Below, one piece after another: positions 46,575-57,627 of a stretch of 64,000 nucleotides of DNA; the first letter of the stretch is position 1; the number at the start of each line of letters is the position of its first letter. A program made the translations under genes and the position numbers. Under the pieces are notes generated by a model, which ran no database searches, was not told the DNA's origin, and worked only from the letters and a program-made list of their open reading frames with translations. Source of the stretch: an uncultured delta proteobacterium (lineage in GTDB: Bacteria > Desulfobacterota > Desulfuromonadia > Desulfuromonadales > CAWANI01); NCBI GenBank assembly GCA_963783365.1, contig CAWANI010000009.1:484625-548624 (forward strand), written 5' to 3'.

Positions 46575-46967
46575 ATAAACCATATTTCGTGTCGCGGCCA
46601 GAAATAAATCGGCAAGCTTCCCTTCGGGCAGGATGTAGAGGGTGTCTTCCTTTTACGAAAACGTTAACTTTCAGTCGCCGACGCCCAGGACTCCCTTGGC
46701 GAAGGAGCCCGGTGAGGTTTCGCCTCCCTGTGGCGGGAACGGCGGATGGCCATCGGGAAAGGGGAAAGAGAAAATGGACGAATTGAAAAAACAAAACATA
46801 ATTTGTTTAAAACTTACCGCCTTACAAGGTCGCAACCATAGGTTGTAAGTATATGATCTGGAAAATTTTTAGATAAATGTTCGACGCCGTCTGTCCTGCC
46901 GGCAAGGTATCGTGATGATGGAAATGAGGCAAAATCACTGAACTATAAAAAACAGTTTGATTTTATG

Positions 46968-46996
46968 TTGACCTTCACGTTAAAGTTTTGTATACC
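46968..46996 (+). promoter_or_regulatory. Sigma70 promoter overlapped by LiuR-like operator (fadL)
   Basis: TTGACC-17nt-TATACC containing TTGACCTTCACGTTAA. Confidence 0.7.
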
Positions 46997-47085
46997 CCTA
47001 ATAGGGAAGGATGGCCGACCACCTCGTCCCTGCGGGGCGGGGCCGGTCCAATGTTGGTCTTTGTGGGAGGAGAAAAGGAGCTGTT

Positions 47086-48474
47086 ATGAGAGTTTGGGTG
47101 AGGTTTTTCTTGGGTATGCTTGGTCTTTTGGCCATCGCGGCGCCGGCCTATTCCGCCGGTTTCGCCATTATCGAACAGAGCGTGAGTGGACTCGGCAACG
47201 CCTTCGCCGGGGGCTCTGCCGTAGCGCAGGATGCCACCACCGTTTATTTCAACCCCGCCGGCATGACCCGACTCAAGGGGCAAGAGGTCGTTCTCGGCCT
47301 CCACGTGATCATGCCGCAGGCCAGGTTTCACGACGATGGGTCGCATATCGCCGACAGCCTGGGAGGAGGCGCCCTGAGTGGCGGGGACGGCGGGGACGGC
47401 GGACAAACGGCCCTCTCTCCCAATGCCTACTATACCCTCTCTCTCGAAAACGGCTGGTCCTTCGGTCTTGGGATCAATGCGCCTTTCGGGCTGGCGACCG
47501 ACTACGACAGCGGCTGGACGGGTCGTTATTATGCCCTGCGATCAAAGGTCGAAACGGTCAATATCAATCCGGCGGTCGCCTACAAGGTCAACGAACATCT
47601 AAGTCTCGGTGCCGGGTTCAACGCCCAATATCTCAAAGCCAAGCTGAGCAACGCCGTCGATCTGGGTTCCATCGCCTTCGCCCAGGTGGCTGGAAACCCG
47701 GCGACGGCAAGCATGGCCAATCCGGCCTGGATTCAGGGCCGCGACGGCAAGGTCGATCTCGACGCCGACGACTGGAGCTTCGGCTACAATCTGGGCCTGC
47801 TCTATGAGTTCACCCGAGATACGCGGATCGGCCTCGCCTACCGCTCCCGGATGCGCCATTCGGTCTCCGGCAGCGCCGATTTTACCCTCCCCCGGACGAT
47901 CACCGGCATTCCCCAGGTCGACGGCGCCATTGCCGCGCAATTCGCCGATGCAGGGGTCAAGGCCGATATCACCCTCCCCGACAGCGCCTCGCTGAGCGTA
48001 TTTCATCGCATAAATCCCCGCTGGGCGGTGATGGCCGATGTTACCTGGACCAACTGGAGCACCTTCAAGGAGCTGCGGGTCAAGTTCGATCCGAACGCCA
48101 ACGGCCTCACCCTGCCGGACAACGTGACGAGCGAAAACTGGAAGGACAATTGGCGCTATTCGGTGGGGGCGACCTACAATCCGATGGAAAAACTCGCCCT
48201 GCGCCTCGGCCTCGCCTACGATCAGACGCCGATTCCCGACGCCGCTCACCGCACGCCGCGTATCCCCTCGGAGAGGCGCTACTGGGTCGCCGCCGGAGCG
48301 GGCTACTGGTTTACCGAGGCTTTGGGTGTGGATGTCGCCTACGCCCACCTCTTTGTGCCCGATGCCAAGGTCGACCATCAGGCCGCCGGGGAAGATCTTT
48401 TGCGGGGCGCTCTGCGGGGGAAATTCGAGAATTCAGTGGACATTGCCAGTCTCCAGTTGGATTATCGCTTCTAG
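47086..48474 (+). CDS. fadL: Long-chain fatty acid outer-membrane transporter
   Basis: Signal peptide, AGF...EQS.SGLG.AFAG, FNPAGM, APFGL.TDY, C-terminal YRF. Confidence 0.92.
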   Translation: MRVWVRFFLGMLGLLAIAAPAYSAGFAIIEQSVSGLGNAFAGGSAVAQDATTVYFNPAGMTRLKGQEVVLGLHVIMPQARFHDDGSHIADSLGGGALSGGDGGDGGQTALSPNAYYTLSLENGWSFGLGINAPFGLATDYDSGWTGRYYALRSKVETVNINPAVAYKVNEHLSLGAGFNAQYLKAKLSNAVDLGSIAFAQVAGNPATASMANPAWIQGRDGKVDLDADDWSFGYNLGLLYEFTRDTRIGLAYRSRMRHSVSGSADFTLPRTITGIPQVDGAIAAQFADAGVKADITLPDSASLSVFHRINPRWAVMADVTWTNWSTFKELRVKFDPNANGLTLPDNVTSENWKDNWRYSVGATYNPMEKLALRLGLAYDQTPIPDAAHRTPRIPSERRYWVAAGAGYWFTEALGVDVAYAHLFVPDAKVDHQAAGEDLLRGALRGKFENSVDIASLQLDYRF

Positions 48475-48501
48475 CCGCCGGGCTTTACGGCCCGATTTCG
48501 C

Positions 48502-48528
48502 AGCCCCGGCCGTCCGGCCGGGGCTTTT
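48502..48528 (+). terminator. Intrinsic terminator after fadL
   Basis: AGCCCCGGCCG-TC-CGGCCGGGGCT followed by TTT. Confidence 0.7.
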
Positions 48529-48601
48529 CCTTCCATCGTACGCCCATATCTCCGGGAAAAGAGCGACTTTTGGGTGAAATAGAAAAACGTTTTAAATTAT
48601 G

Positions 48602-48630
48602 TTGACGTGAACGTTAAAGTTAGGTATAAA
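48602..48630 (+). promoter_or_regulatory. Sigma70 promoter overlapped by LiuR-like operator (fadD operon)
   Basis: TTGACG-17nt-TATAAA containing TTGACGTGAACGTTAA. Confidence 0.72.
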
Positions 48631-48658
48631 GGGTTCAGGCGCTTTCGGAGGACGCTTC

Positions 48659-50522
48659 ATGGACGAGATGAGATTTCAGTCGGTGCCGGCGATGGTAAAG
48701 GCGAACGCGGTCCGGTTTGCCACCCGACCCGCCGTCAGCTTCAAAAAGGACGGAGCGTTCGTCTCTCTAACCTACGCGCGCTTTTACGAGCGGGTCCTGA
48801 TGGCCGCCCGCGGCCTGCGCAAGGCGGGGGTGGCGCCGCAGGAGCGGGTGGCGATCCTTTCGGAAAACCGCACCGGCTGGGCCATCTCCGACCTGGCGAT
48901 CCAGGCGGTGGGGGCCGTCACGGTGCCGATCTACGCCACCAGCACTCCCGCGCAGGTCGCCTACGTCCTCCACCACGCCGAAGCGAAGCTCGTCTTCGTG
49001 TCCAACCGGGTGCAGTACGAAAAGCTCCTTAAAATCCGCGAGCGGATTCCGCGGGTCGAGATGGTCGTTTCCTTTGAACGGTTCCTGGGGGAGAAGGTCC
49101 TGCCGGTGGCGACCCTGTACCAGCTCTCGGAGATCTCCCATCCCCTCACCGGCGATGAAAAAATAGAGATCGAAGCGGAAATCGACCGGATCGTCCCGGA
49201 CGATCTGATCACCATCATCTATACTTCAGGAACCACGGGGGTGCCGAAGGGGGTCATGCTGACCCAGCGAAACATGCTCTTCGACGCCGACTACGGCATG
49301 CGCAAGCTGGGCGGGCTGACCGAAGAGGAGGTGTTTCTCAGCTTTCTGCCGCTGAGCCACGTGCTGGAGCGGACCGCCGGATACCATGCGGCGCTCATGG
49401 CCGGGGCCCATGTGGCCTTTGCCGAAAGCGTCGAGAAGGTGGTGGAGAACATTCTCGAGGTGCAGCCGACGGTGATGGTCAGCGTGCCGCGCCTGTTCGA
49501 GAAGATTTACTCGCGCATCCACGAAAACGTCCACCTGATGTCCCCCGTCAAACGCAAGCTGTTCCACCGGGCGATCGAGGTCGGCCGGGAGTACGTTCAC
49601 CGCCGCTATGTCCGGCGGGAACCCGTCGGCTTGCTGGCGCTGCGCTACCGGGTGGCCGACCGGCTGGTGTTCCGCAAAATCCGCGAGCGCTTCGGCGGGC
49701 GCCTGCGTTTCTTCCTCTCCGGGGGCGCGCCCCTTGACAAGACCATCAACGAGTTCATGTGGATTATCGGCATCCCGACCTTCGAGGGATACGGGCTGAC
49801 CGAGACCAGCCCGGCCGTCACCCTGAACTCCCTGGAAGCGGTGCGCTTCGGGGCGGTCGGTACGGTGCTGGAGAAAACCGAGGTCAGGACCGGCCGAGGA
49901 CGGCGAGCTGCTGGTCCGGGGGCCCCAGGTGATGCGGGGTTACTACAGAGATCCCGAGGCGACCGCTGAGGTCCTCGCGGAGCGGCTGGCTGCGCGACCG
50001 GCGACATCGCCCGCATCGACGAGGAGGGATTCGTCTACATCGTCGACCGCAAAAAGGAGATCATCGTCACCGCCGGCGGCAAGAACATCGCCCCGCAGCC
50101 GCTGGAGAACGAGCTCAAGCTGGACAAGTTCATCTCCCAGGCCTTCGTCTACGGCGACCGCAAGCCCTACCTGGTGGCGCTTTTGACCCCCAACGCTGGA
50201 GCGGCTGCTCGAGTTGGCCCAGCACGAGAAGCTCGACCTATTTCGACCTGGAGGATCTGGTCGCCCACCAGCGGGTGCGGGCCCTGTACGCGGAGCGCGT
50301 CGCGCCAGCCTCAACGCCAGGCTCCCCTCCTACGAAACGATCAAGAAATTCGCCCTGTCGCCGGGGAGTTTTCCGATCGACGGGGGCGAGCTGACCCCGA
50401 CCCTCAAGCTCAAGCGCAAGGTGATCTACGAAAAGTATCGGGACCGGATCGAGAAGCTGTATCTTGACGCCCAGAAGGGCGGCAACGGCATGGATCAAAT
50501 TCAGAACGGAGGAAACCAATGA
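48659..50522 (+). CDS. fadD: Long-chain fatty acid-CoA ligase (3' frameshifts)
   Basis: [36 protein letters not shown]. Confidence 0.92.
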
Positions 50523-52914
50523 GGCAAATCAAGCGGGTAGCCGTGCTCGGCGCGGGCGTCATGGGCGCGACCATCGCCGCCCATCTCGCCAATGCGGGCC
50601 TGGACGTGTTGCTGCTCGACATCGCTCCCAGGGAGCTGACCGCCGAGGAGCAGGCCCGGGGCCTGACCCTGGAGAGCCCGGAGGTGCGCAACCGCATCGT
50701 GCGGCGGGGGCTGGCGACGGCTGGCCAAGATGAAGCCGGCGCCCTTCTATCTCGCCGACTACGCGGCCCGGGATCGAGACGGCAATTTCGAGGACGACGT
50801 GGCCCGGCTCAGCGAGTGCGACTGGGTGGTCGAGGTGGTGGTCGAAAACATGGCGATCAAGAAGAAGCTCTTCGCCGAGAAGGTGGCGCCGCACCTGGCG
50901 CCCGGGGCGATCCTCTCCACCAACACCAGCGGCCTGTCGGTCAATGCCATGGCCGAGGTGCTGCCGGCCGAGGTGCGCCAAAACTTCCTCGTCACCCACT
51001 TCTTCAATCCGCCGCGCTACATGCGGCTGCTGGAAGTGGTCGCCTGCCGCCGAGACCGATCCCGCGGTGGTCGCCGGCATGGCCGACTTTATCGACCGGC
51101 GCCTGGGCAAGGGGATCGTCTACGCCAAGGACACCCCCAACTTCATCGCCAACCGCATCGGCGTCTACGCCATCTTCAAGGCGATGCCGCCACATGCTGG
51201 AGATGGGGATGACGGTGGAGGAGGTCGATGCCGTCGCCGGGCCGGCCACCGCGCGGCCGAAGAGCGCCGCCTTCCGCACCGCCGACCTGGTCGGCATCGA
51301 CACCCTGGTCCACGTCGCCGACAACTCCTTCGAGCTGCTGCCCGAAGACGAGGAGCGCGAGGTCTTCAAGGTCCCCGACTTCATCAACGAGATGGTGCGG
51401 AAAGGGCTGCTCGGCAACAAGAGCCAAAAAAGGGTTCTTTCGCAAGGAGAAGGGGGAGAACGGCGCGCCAGATCTTTTACTACGACTATCGCAGCGGCGA
51501 CTACCGTCCCGGCGCAGAAGCCGAAGTTCCCCTCGCTGGAGGCGGTCAAGCAGGTGGACGATCCTGCGCAAGCGGCTCAAGATGGTGGTCGGCGGCAGCG
51601 ACAAGGCGAGCGAGTTTGCCTGGCGCAGCCTGCGCGACACCCTGATCTACACCGTCAACCGCATCCCCGAGATCGCCGACGACATCGTCAATATCGACAA
51701 CGCCATGCGCTGGGGCTTCAACTGGGAGCTCGGCCCCTTCGAGATGCTCGACGCCCTCGGCGTCGCCGACTTCGTCGCCCGCGCCGAAAAGGACGGCGTG
51801 GCGGTTCCCGCCGCCCTCAAGGCGGTGGAGCGCTTCTACAACTTCGCAGACGGCAAGAAGGTTTATTTCGATCTACGCGCCGGCGAGTATCGCGAGCTGC
51901 CCCTGCCGGCCGGACCAGATCCGGCTCGACATCCTCAAGGCGACCGGCGGCGTGGTGGAGAAGAACGCCAACTGTTCGCTCCTCGATCTCGGCGACGGGG
52001 TCTTCGGGCTCGAATTCCACTCCAAGATGAACGCCATCAGCGGCGACATCCTGGCGATGACCCACAAGGCGCTCAAGCGCGCCGAAGAGCAGGGCGTCGG
52101 TCTGGTGGTCGGCAACCAGGGGGCCAACTTCTCCGTCGGCGCCAACCTGATGCTGCTGGCGGTGGCCCTGGCCGAGGGGGCCTTCGAGGACGTCGACATG
52201 GCGGTGCGCGCCTTCCAGAAGGCGACCATGGCCCTCAAGTACGCCAGGGTGCCGGTGGTGGCGGCGCCCTTCAACATGACCCTCGGCGGCGGCTGCGAAT
52301 TCTGTCTGCATGCCGACGCCGTCAACGCCCACGCCGAAACCTATATGGGGCTGGTCGAGGTCGGCGTCGGCCTGTTGCCCGCCGGCGGCGGCACCAAGGA
52401 GATGGCCCTGCGCGCCATCGAACTGGCCGACCGCTACGATACCGATGTCTCTCCCTTTATCTTCAAGCACTTCCAGAATATCGGCATGGCCAAGGTGTCG
52501 ATGGGCGCCGCCGAAGCCTTCGAGCTCGGCTATCTGCGGGAAGGGGATACCCTCACCATGAACATCGACCGCCTGATCGCCGATGCCAAGCAGCAGGTGC
52601 TGGCCCTGGCCAGCAACTACCGGCCCCGGCGACCTGCGGAGAATCTGAAGGCGCCCGGCAGCAGCGTGGCGGCGAGCATCCGCAGCCAGCTCTGGAACCT
52701 GAAAATGGGCGGGTTCGCCACCCCTTACGAGGAGGAGATGGGGGGCATCATTGCCGGGGTCATCACCGGCGGCGATGTCCCGGCGGGAACTCTCATCACC
52801 GAACAGTACCTCCTCGATCTGGAACGGGAAGGGTTTCTCAAGCTGTGCGGCAACAAAAAAACAGCCGAGCGCATCCAGCACATGCTGAAAAAAGGCAAGC
52901 CGCTGCGCAATTGA
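50519..52914 (+). CDS. fadN: 3-hydroxyacyl-CoA dehydrogenase/enoyl-CoA hydratase, FadN type (frameshifts)
   Basis: VLGAGVMG, STNTSG, THFFNPPRYM, KDTPNFIANRIG, LGGGCE, GKPLRN end. Confidence 0.9.
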
Positions 52915-52927
52915 GAGAGGTGGCAAC

Positions 52928-52998
52928 GTAGGGGCAGGCCCCTGTGTCTGCCCTTGGAGCGGGTACCGGCAAAGGCGCACAGACAGATGCGCCCCGAC
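52928..52998. repeat. GTAG-type REP doublet
   Basis: GTAGGGGCAGGCCCCTGTGTCTGCCC ... GGCGCACAGACAGATGCGCCCCGAC. Confidence 0.6.
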
Positions 52999-53021
52999 AG
53001 CGACGAACGATGGAGGAAATC

Positions 53022-54207
53022 ATGAAAACAGCATATATTCTGGCAGCCTACCGGACCCCCGGCTGCAAGGCGAAAAAAGGCAAGTTCCGGGAGATGCGCC
53101 CCGACGACCTGGCGGCGGCCGCCATCCAGGGGCTGGTCGAGCGGACCGGGGTCGACCCGCACCGGATCGACGACGTCATCCTCGGCTGCGCCTTCCCCGA
53201 GGGGGAGCAGGGGATGAACGTGGCGCCGGATCGCCGTCCCTGAAGGCCGGACTGCCGGTGGCAGGTCCCCGGCGCAGACCGTCAACCGCTTCTGCTCCTC
53301 GGGGCTGCAGACCATCGCCATGGCCGCCGAGCGGATCATGGCCGGCTTTGCCGACTGCATCATCGCCGGCGGCACCGAGTCGATGACCATGGTGCCGATG
53401 GGGGGCAACAAGTACAGCGCCAATCCCGAGCCTGGTGGCGACTGGCCCGAGGCCTACGCCTCCATGGGGATCACCGCCGAGCTGGTGGCCGAGCAAGTAC
53501 GGCATCGGCCGCGAGGACCAGGACGCCTTCGCCTGCGCCAGCCACCAGAAGGCGGCCGCGGCCATCGCCGATGGGCGCTTCGCCGACGAGATCATCCCGG
53601 TCGAGGTGGAAAAGGCGACCCTCGTTGCAGGGTAAGATGCAGCGGGCGAAGGAGACGGTCGAACATCGACGACGGCGTGCGGCCGGACACCACGCGTCGA
53701 GGCGCTGGCCAAGCTCAAGCCGGCCTTCAAGATGGGACGGACGGTCACCGCCGGCAACTCCTCGCAGATGACCGACGGCGCCGCCGCGGCGCTGGTCGTT
53801 TCGGAGGACTATCCTGAAGCGAGCTCGGCAAGGACCCCCTGGCCCGCTTCGTCGCCTTCGCGGTGCGCGGGCGTGCCCCCGGAGATCATGGGGATCGGCC
53901 CGGTCGAGGCGATCCCGGCCGCCCTCAAGCTCGCCGGCCTGAAACAGGACGACCTCGGCCTGATCGAGCTGAACGAGGCCTTCGCCGCCCAGTCGCTGGC
54001 GGTGATCCGGCAGCTGGGGCTCGATCCCGAGACAGGTCAACGTCAACGGCGGCGCCATCGCTCTTGGCCATCCCCTCGGCTGCACCGGGAGCCAAGCTGA
54101 CCGCCACCCTGCTGGCCGAGATGAAACGGCGCCAGACCCGCTACGGCATGGTGACCATGTGCATCGGCGGCGGCATGGGCGCCGCGGGGATCTTCGAGCG
54201 GATGTAG
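53022..54207 (+). CDS. fadA: Acetyl-CoA C-acyltransferase (thiolase; frameshifts)
   Basis: [42 protein letters not shown]. Confidence 0.92.
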
Positions 54208-54292
54208 AGGGCCGGCAGCGTCTGCGGTGGCTGAATTGCACGGGCGAGGCAGGTCTCGCCCCGATGAAAGATCATTCCATTTGAGGTGAATC

Positions 54293-56074
54293 ATGGCAGA
54301 GCGGATCTTTAAAGGAGGCGAGTACCTGGTCGCCGAAGTGACCAAGGACGACGTCTTTACCCCGGAGGATTTTACCGACGAGCAGCGGCAGATCGCCGAG
54401 ACGACCGAGCAGTTCGTTACCAACGAGATCCTCCCCCACGCTGAGGAGATCGAAGCGCAGAACTTCGATCTGGTGGTCGAGGGGATGCGCAAGGCCGGCG
54501 AACTTGGGCTGCTGATGATCGACGCCCCGGAGGAGTACGGCGGGCTGGACCTCGACAAGGCCACCAGCATGCTGGTCGGCGAGAAGATCGGCTCCTCCGG
54601 CTCCTTCTCCGTCGCCTTTGCCGCCCACACCGGCATCGGCACCCTGCCCCTGATCTACTACGGCACCAAGGAGCAGAAGGAGAGGTACCTGGAGAAGATC
54701 ATCACCGGCGAGTGGATCGCCGCCTACTGCCTCACCGAGCCCGAGTCCGGCAGCGACGCCCTGGGCGCCCAGGCCACCGCCACCCTCTCGGCGGACGGCA
54801 AATATTATCTGCTCAACGGCACCAAGCAGTTCATCACCAACGGCGGCTTCGCCAACCTCTTCACCGTCTTCGCCAAGATCGACAAGGAGCATTTCACCGC
54901 CTTCCTCGTCGAGCGCGACCTTCGAGGGGGTGTCGGTCGGCCCCGAGGAGAAGAAGCTGGGCATCAAGGGCTCCTCGACCTGCCAGGTCCTCCTCGACAA
55001 CGCCAGGGTGCCGGTGGAGAACGTGCTCGGCGAGATCGGCAAGGGGCACAAGATCGCCTTCAACGTCCTCAACGTCGGCCGCTTCAAGCTCGGCGCCGGG
55101 GTCACCGGGGCCGCCAAGGGCGCCCTTGTCGGTCGGCATCCAGTACGCCAACGAGCGCAAGCAGTTCGGCCGCACCATCGGCTCCTTCGGCGCCATCCAG
55201 CGAAAAGATCGCCGATCTGACCGCCGACCTCTTCGCCTCCGAATCGCTGGTCTACCGCCTCGCCGGGCTGCTCGACACCAAGCTCGTCACCCTCGACCCG
55301 GCGGTCGACAATTACTACGAGGAGTATCAGAAGGGGATCGAGGAGTACGCCCCCGAATGCGCCATCGCCAAGGTCTTCTGCAGCGACGTGCTGGCCGACG
55401 TGGTCGACGAGGTGGTGCAGATCCACGGCGGCTACGGCTTCGTCAGCGAATACCCGGCCGAGCGCTTCTACCGCGACGAGCGTATCAACCGCATCTTCGA
55501 GGGGACCAACGAGATCAACCGCCTGCTCATCCCCGGGATGATCCTGCGCAAGGCGATGAAGGGAGAGCTGCCCCTGCAGAAAGAGGCGATGAAGGCCTTC
55601 GAGTCGTTAATGACCCCCTCCTTCGAGGAGATCGACGAGAGCGTACCCTTCGCCCGGGAAAAGGCGCTGCTGAAGAATCTCAAGACCCTCTTTCACATCC
55701 TCTCCGGCGCCGCCGTCCGGAAATACCTGGATCGACTGGCGGATGAGCAGGAAATCCTCCTCGCCGCCGCCGACATGGCGATCCAGATCTTCGCCCTGGA
55801 GAGCGTGGTGCTGCGGGCCGAAAAGGCCCTCCCCGGCGCCAGCGACAACAAAAGGGCGCTGCTGGAGGCCGCGACCAAGGTCTTCGCCTTCAAAGCCACC
55901 GAGGTGATCGGGACGGCCGCCAAAAAGGGCGCCTTCTACCTCGAGGAGGGGGACACCCTGACCATGATCCTGAGCGGGGTGCGCCGCTTCGCCAAGTACG
56001 ACGCTTCCGGCCTGCTGGCCGCCAAGCGCCGCCTGGCGAAGGCCGCCATCGAGGCAGAGAAGTACATCTTCTGA
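54293..56074 (+). CDS. fadE: Acyl-CoA dehydrogenase (compensating frameshifts about 54920-55200)
   Basis: YCLTEP.SGSDA, LNGTKQFITN, QIHGGYGF, RINRIFEGTNEINR. Confidence 0.92.
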   Translation: MAERIFKGGEYLVAEVTKDDVFTPEDFTDEQRQIAETTEQFVTNEILPHAEEIEAQNFDLVVEGMRKAGELGLLMIDAPEEYGGLDLDKATSMLVGEKIGSSGSFSVAFAAHTGIGTLPLIYYGTKEQKERYLEKIITGEWIAAYCLTEPESGSDALGAQATATLSADGKYYLLNGTKQFITNGGFANLFTVFAKIDKEHFTAFLVERDLRGGVGRPRGEEAGHQGLLDLPGPPRQRQGAGGERARRDRQGAQDRLQRPQRRPLQARRRGHRGRQGRPCRSASSTPTSASSSAAPSAPSAPSSEKIADLTADLFASESLVYRLAGLLDTKLVTLDPAVDNYYEEYQKGIEEYAPECAIAKVFCSDVLADVVDEVVQIHGGYGFVSEYPAERFYRDERINRIFEGTNEINRLLIPGMILRKAMKGELPLQKEAMKAFESLMTPSFEEIDESVPFAREKALLKNLKTLFHILSGAAVRKYLDRLADEQEILLAAADMAIQIFALESVVLRAEKALPGASDNKRALLEAATKVFAFKATEVIGTAAKKGAFYLEEGDTLTMILSGVRRFAKYDASGLLAAKRRLAKAAIEAEKYIF

Positions 56075-56146
56075 GGTAGCGCCATATTTGTCCAACACCG
56101 GGGCGCGGGAAGCCGCGCTCCTTTTGAAAAGCATCTAAAATCATTT

Positions 56147-56234
56147 ACCACTGAGGGCACAGAGGACACTGAGAAAACCAGAGAGACATCTTTAAGGATT
56201 TGAATTTCTCAGTGCTCTCAGTGTCCTCGGTGGT
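56147..56234. repeat. Inverted array of 9-mer CAC(A/T)GAG units
   Basis: ACCACTGAGGGCACAGAGGACACTGAGAA ... TTCTCAGTGCTCTCAGTGTCCTCGGTGGT. Confidence 0.75.
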
Positions 56235-56302
56235 TCAGATTTTGTTTTTCAACGTTTTTTCTGTGTCGCAGACCCATGGTTAACCCTTCTCGGGCGGATG
56301 AC

Positions 56303-57268
56303 ATGACCTCAGGTTCCGAACCAATTGTCCAAAAGCACACCCTCCCGACCCCCTTCGTCGTCGGCGACGTCCATCTCTACACGGCGCAGCTGGAGGGGGA
56401 ATTGGTGCTTTTCGACACGGGTCCGGCCACCCCCGAGGCCCTCGATCTGCTGCGGCGGCGCATCGACCTGGAGCGGCTGAAGCACGTCTTCGTCACCCAT
56501 TGCCATGTCGAACATTACGGGTTGGCCAAATACCTGGCCGAAAGCACCCGGGCCGAGATTTATTTCCCCCGGCTCGATGCCATCAAGATCCGCCACCACG
56601 AAAGGCGCATCGATCATATCCATGAGCTGCTGCTGGGGTGCGGCTTCAGCGACGGGTTTATCCGCAACGTCCGGGAGAGCGTCTGTCGCAGAGGCCTTTT
56701 CCCTCCCGTTCCGGACCGCTACCGGGTGGTGGAGGAGTCGAAGACGCCCGAGCGGCTGGGGATTGCCTGGATGAGCTGCCCGGGGCATTCCCAGAGCGAT
56801 CTCGTCTATCGGGTCGGGGAGTGGGCGGTGACGGGGGACATCCTGCTGGAAAACATCTTTCAGGCCCCGCTGCTGGATGTGGACCTGGAGACCTTTTCGG
56901 GCCGGTTCCGCAATTACGACGCCTACTGCGACAGCCTGCTCAAGCTGAAATGCCTGCGGGGACAGCGGATTCTCCCCGGACACCGGAAGGAGAGTGATCG
57001 CTTCGAGGAGACGGTCCACTTCTATGTCGCCAAGCTGATCGAGCGGGCCGGCCGGATCAAGGCCTTCGAGGGTGTGGAAGCGGTCAGCGAGGTCATCGAC
57101 CGCCTCTTCGGCGACACCCTCTCCGATCCCTTCGCGGTCTATATCAAGGCGTCGGAGGTGATTTTCATGCGCGATTTTCTCGCCGATCCCGGTCGTTTGC
57201 AGAGGGTTCTGGAGGAGATCGGCCTTCTGCCCGGGGTGCGGGAGGCGCTGGCGGCGGTGGCGGCATAA
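56303..57268 (+). CDS. MBL-fold metallo-hydrolase
   Basis: LFDTG, THCHVEH, PGHS, TGD, LPGH; start could be 56276. Confidence 0.85.
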   Translation: MTSGSEPIVQKHTLPTPFVVGDVHLYTAQLEGELVLFDTGPATPEALDLLRRRIDLERLKHVFVTHCHVEHYGLAKYLAESTRAEIYFPRLDAIKIRHHERRIDHIHELLLGCGFSDGFIRNVRESVCRRGLFPPVPDRYRVVEESKTPERLGIAWMSCPGHSQSDLVYRVGEWAVTGDILLENIFQAPLLDVDLETFSGRFRNYDAYCDSLLKLKCLRGQRILPGHRKESDRFEETVHFYVAKLIERAGRIKAFEGVEAVSEVIDRLFGDTLSDPFAVYIKASEVIFMRDFLADPGRLQRVLEEIGLLPGVREALAAVAA

Positions 57269-57627
57269 ATGCTTAAGTCGACCGCGAGGCCAGATGGCCG
57301 CCAAAGACTTGAAAGACAGCGGCAGGGTCGCGGCCCGCCCGACGAGACGCAAATCGTGCTATTTTGTCCAGGCGGCAACAAAAAGTAAGCAAGAAGTGCC
57401 TTCGCTGTGCCGGGAGCATTTCTGTCGCCGTGGTTCGAGGCTTTTTCGAACGATCATAGGGCTCTCCGACATCCGCCTTCGTGGTACACTCCACATTGCC
57501 GAGGCAGTGCTTTAGGGTGCGGGCCGAGCGATATAAGGTTGAAAGAGCACGCGAGTGGAATCAAGAAAGACTTCCGATATATTTCCTGATACCTCGTATA
57601 ATCCTGTCCCCTCAAGTGGAGTGAAGC

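Noticed and set aside
57270-57600. Intergenic stretch before fadH as a possible ncRNA or small gene
   Set aside because: No convincing RBS, ORF, known RNA motif or strong structure recognised
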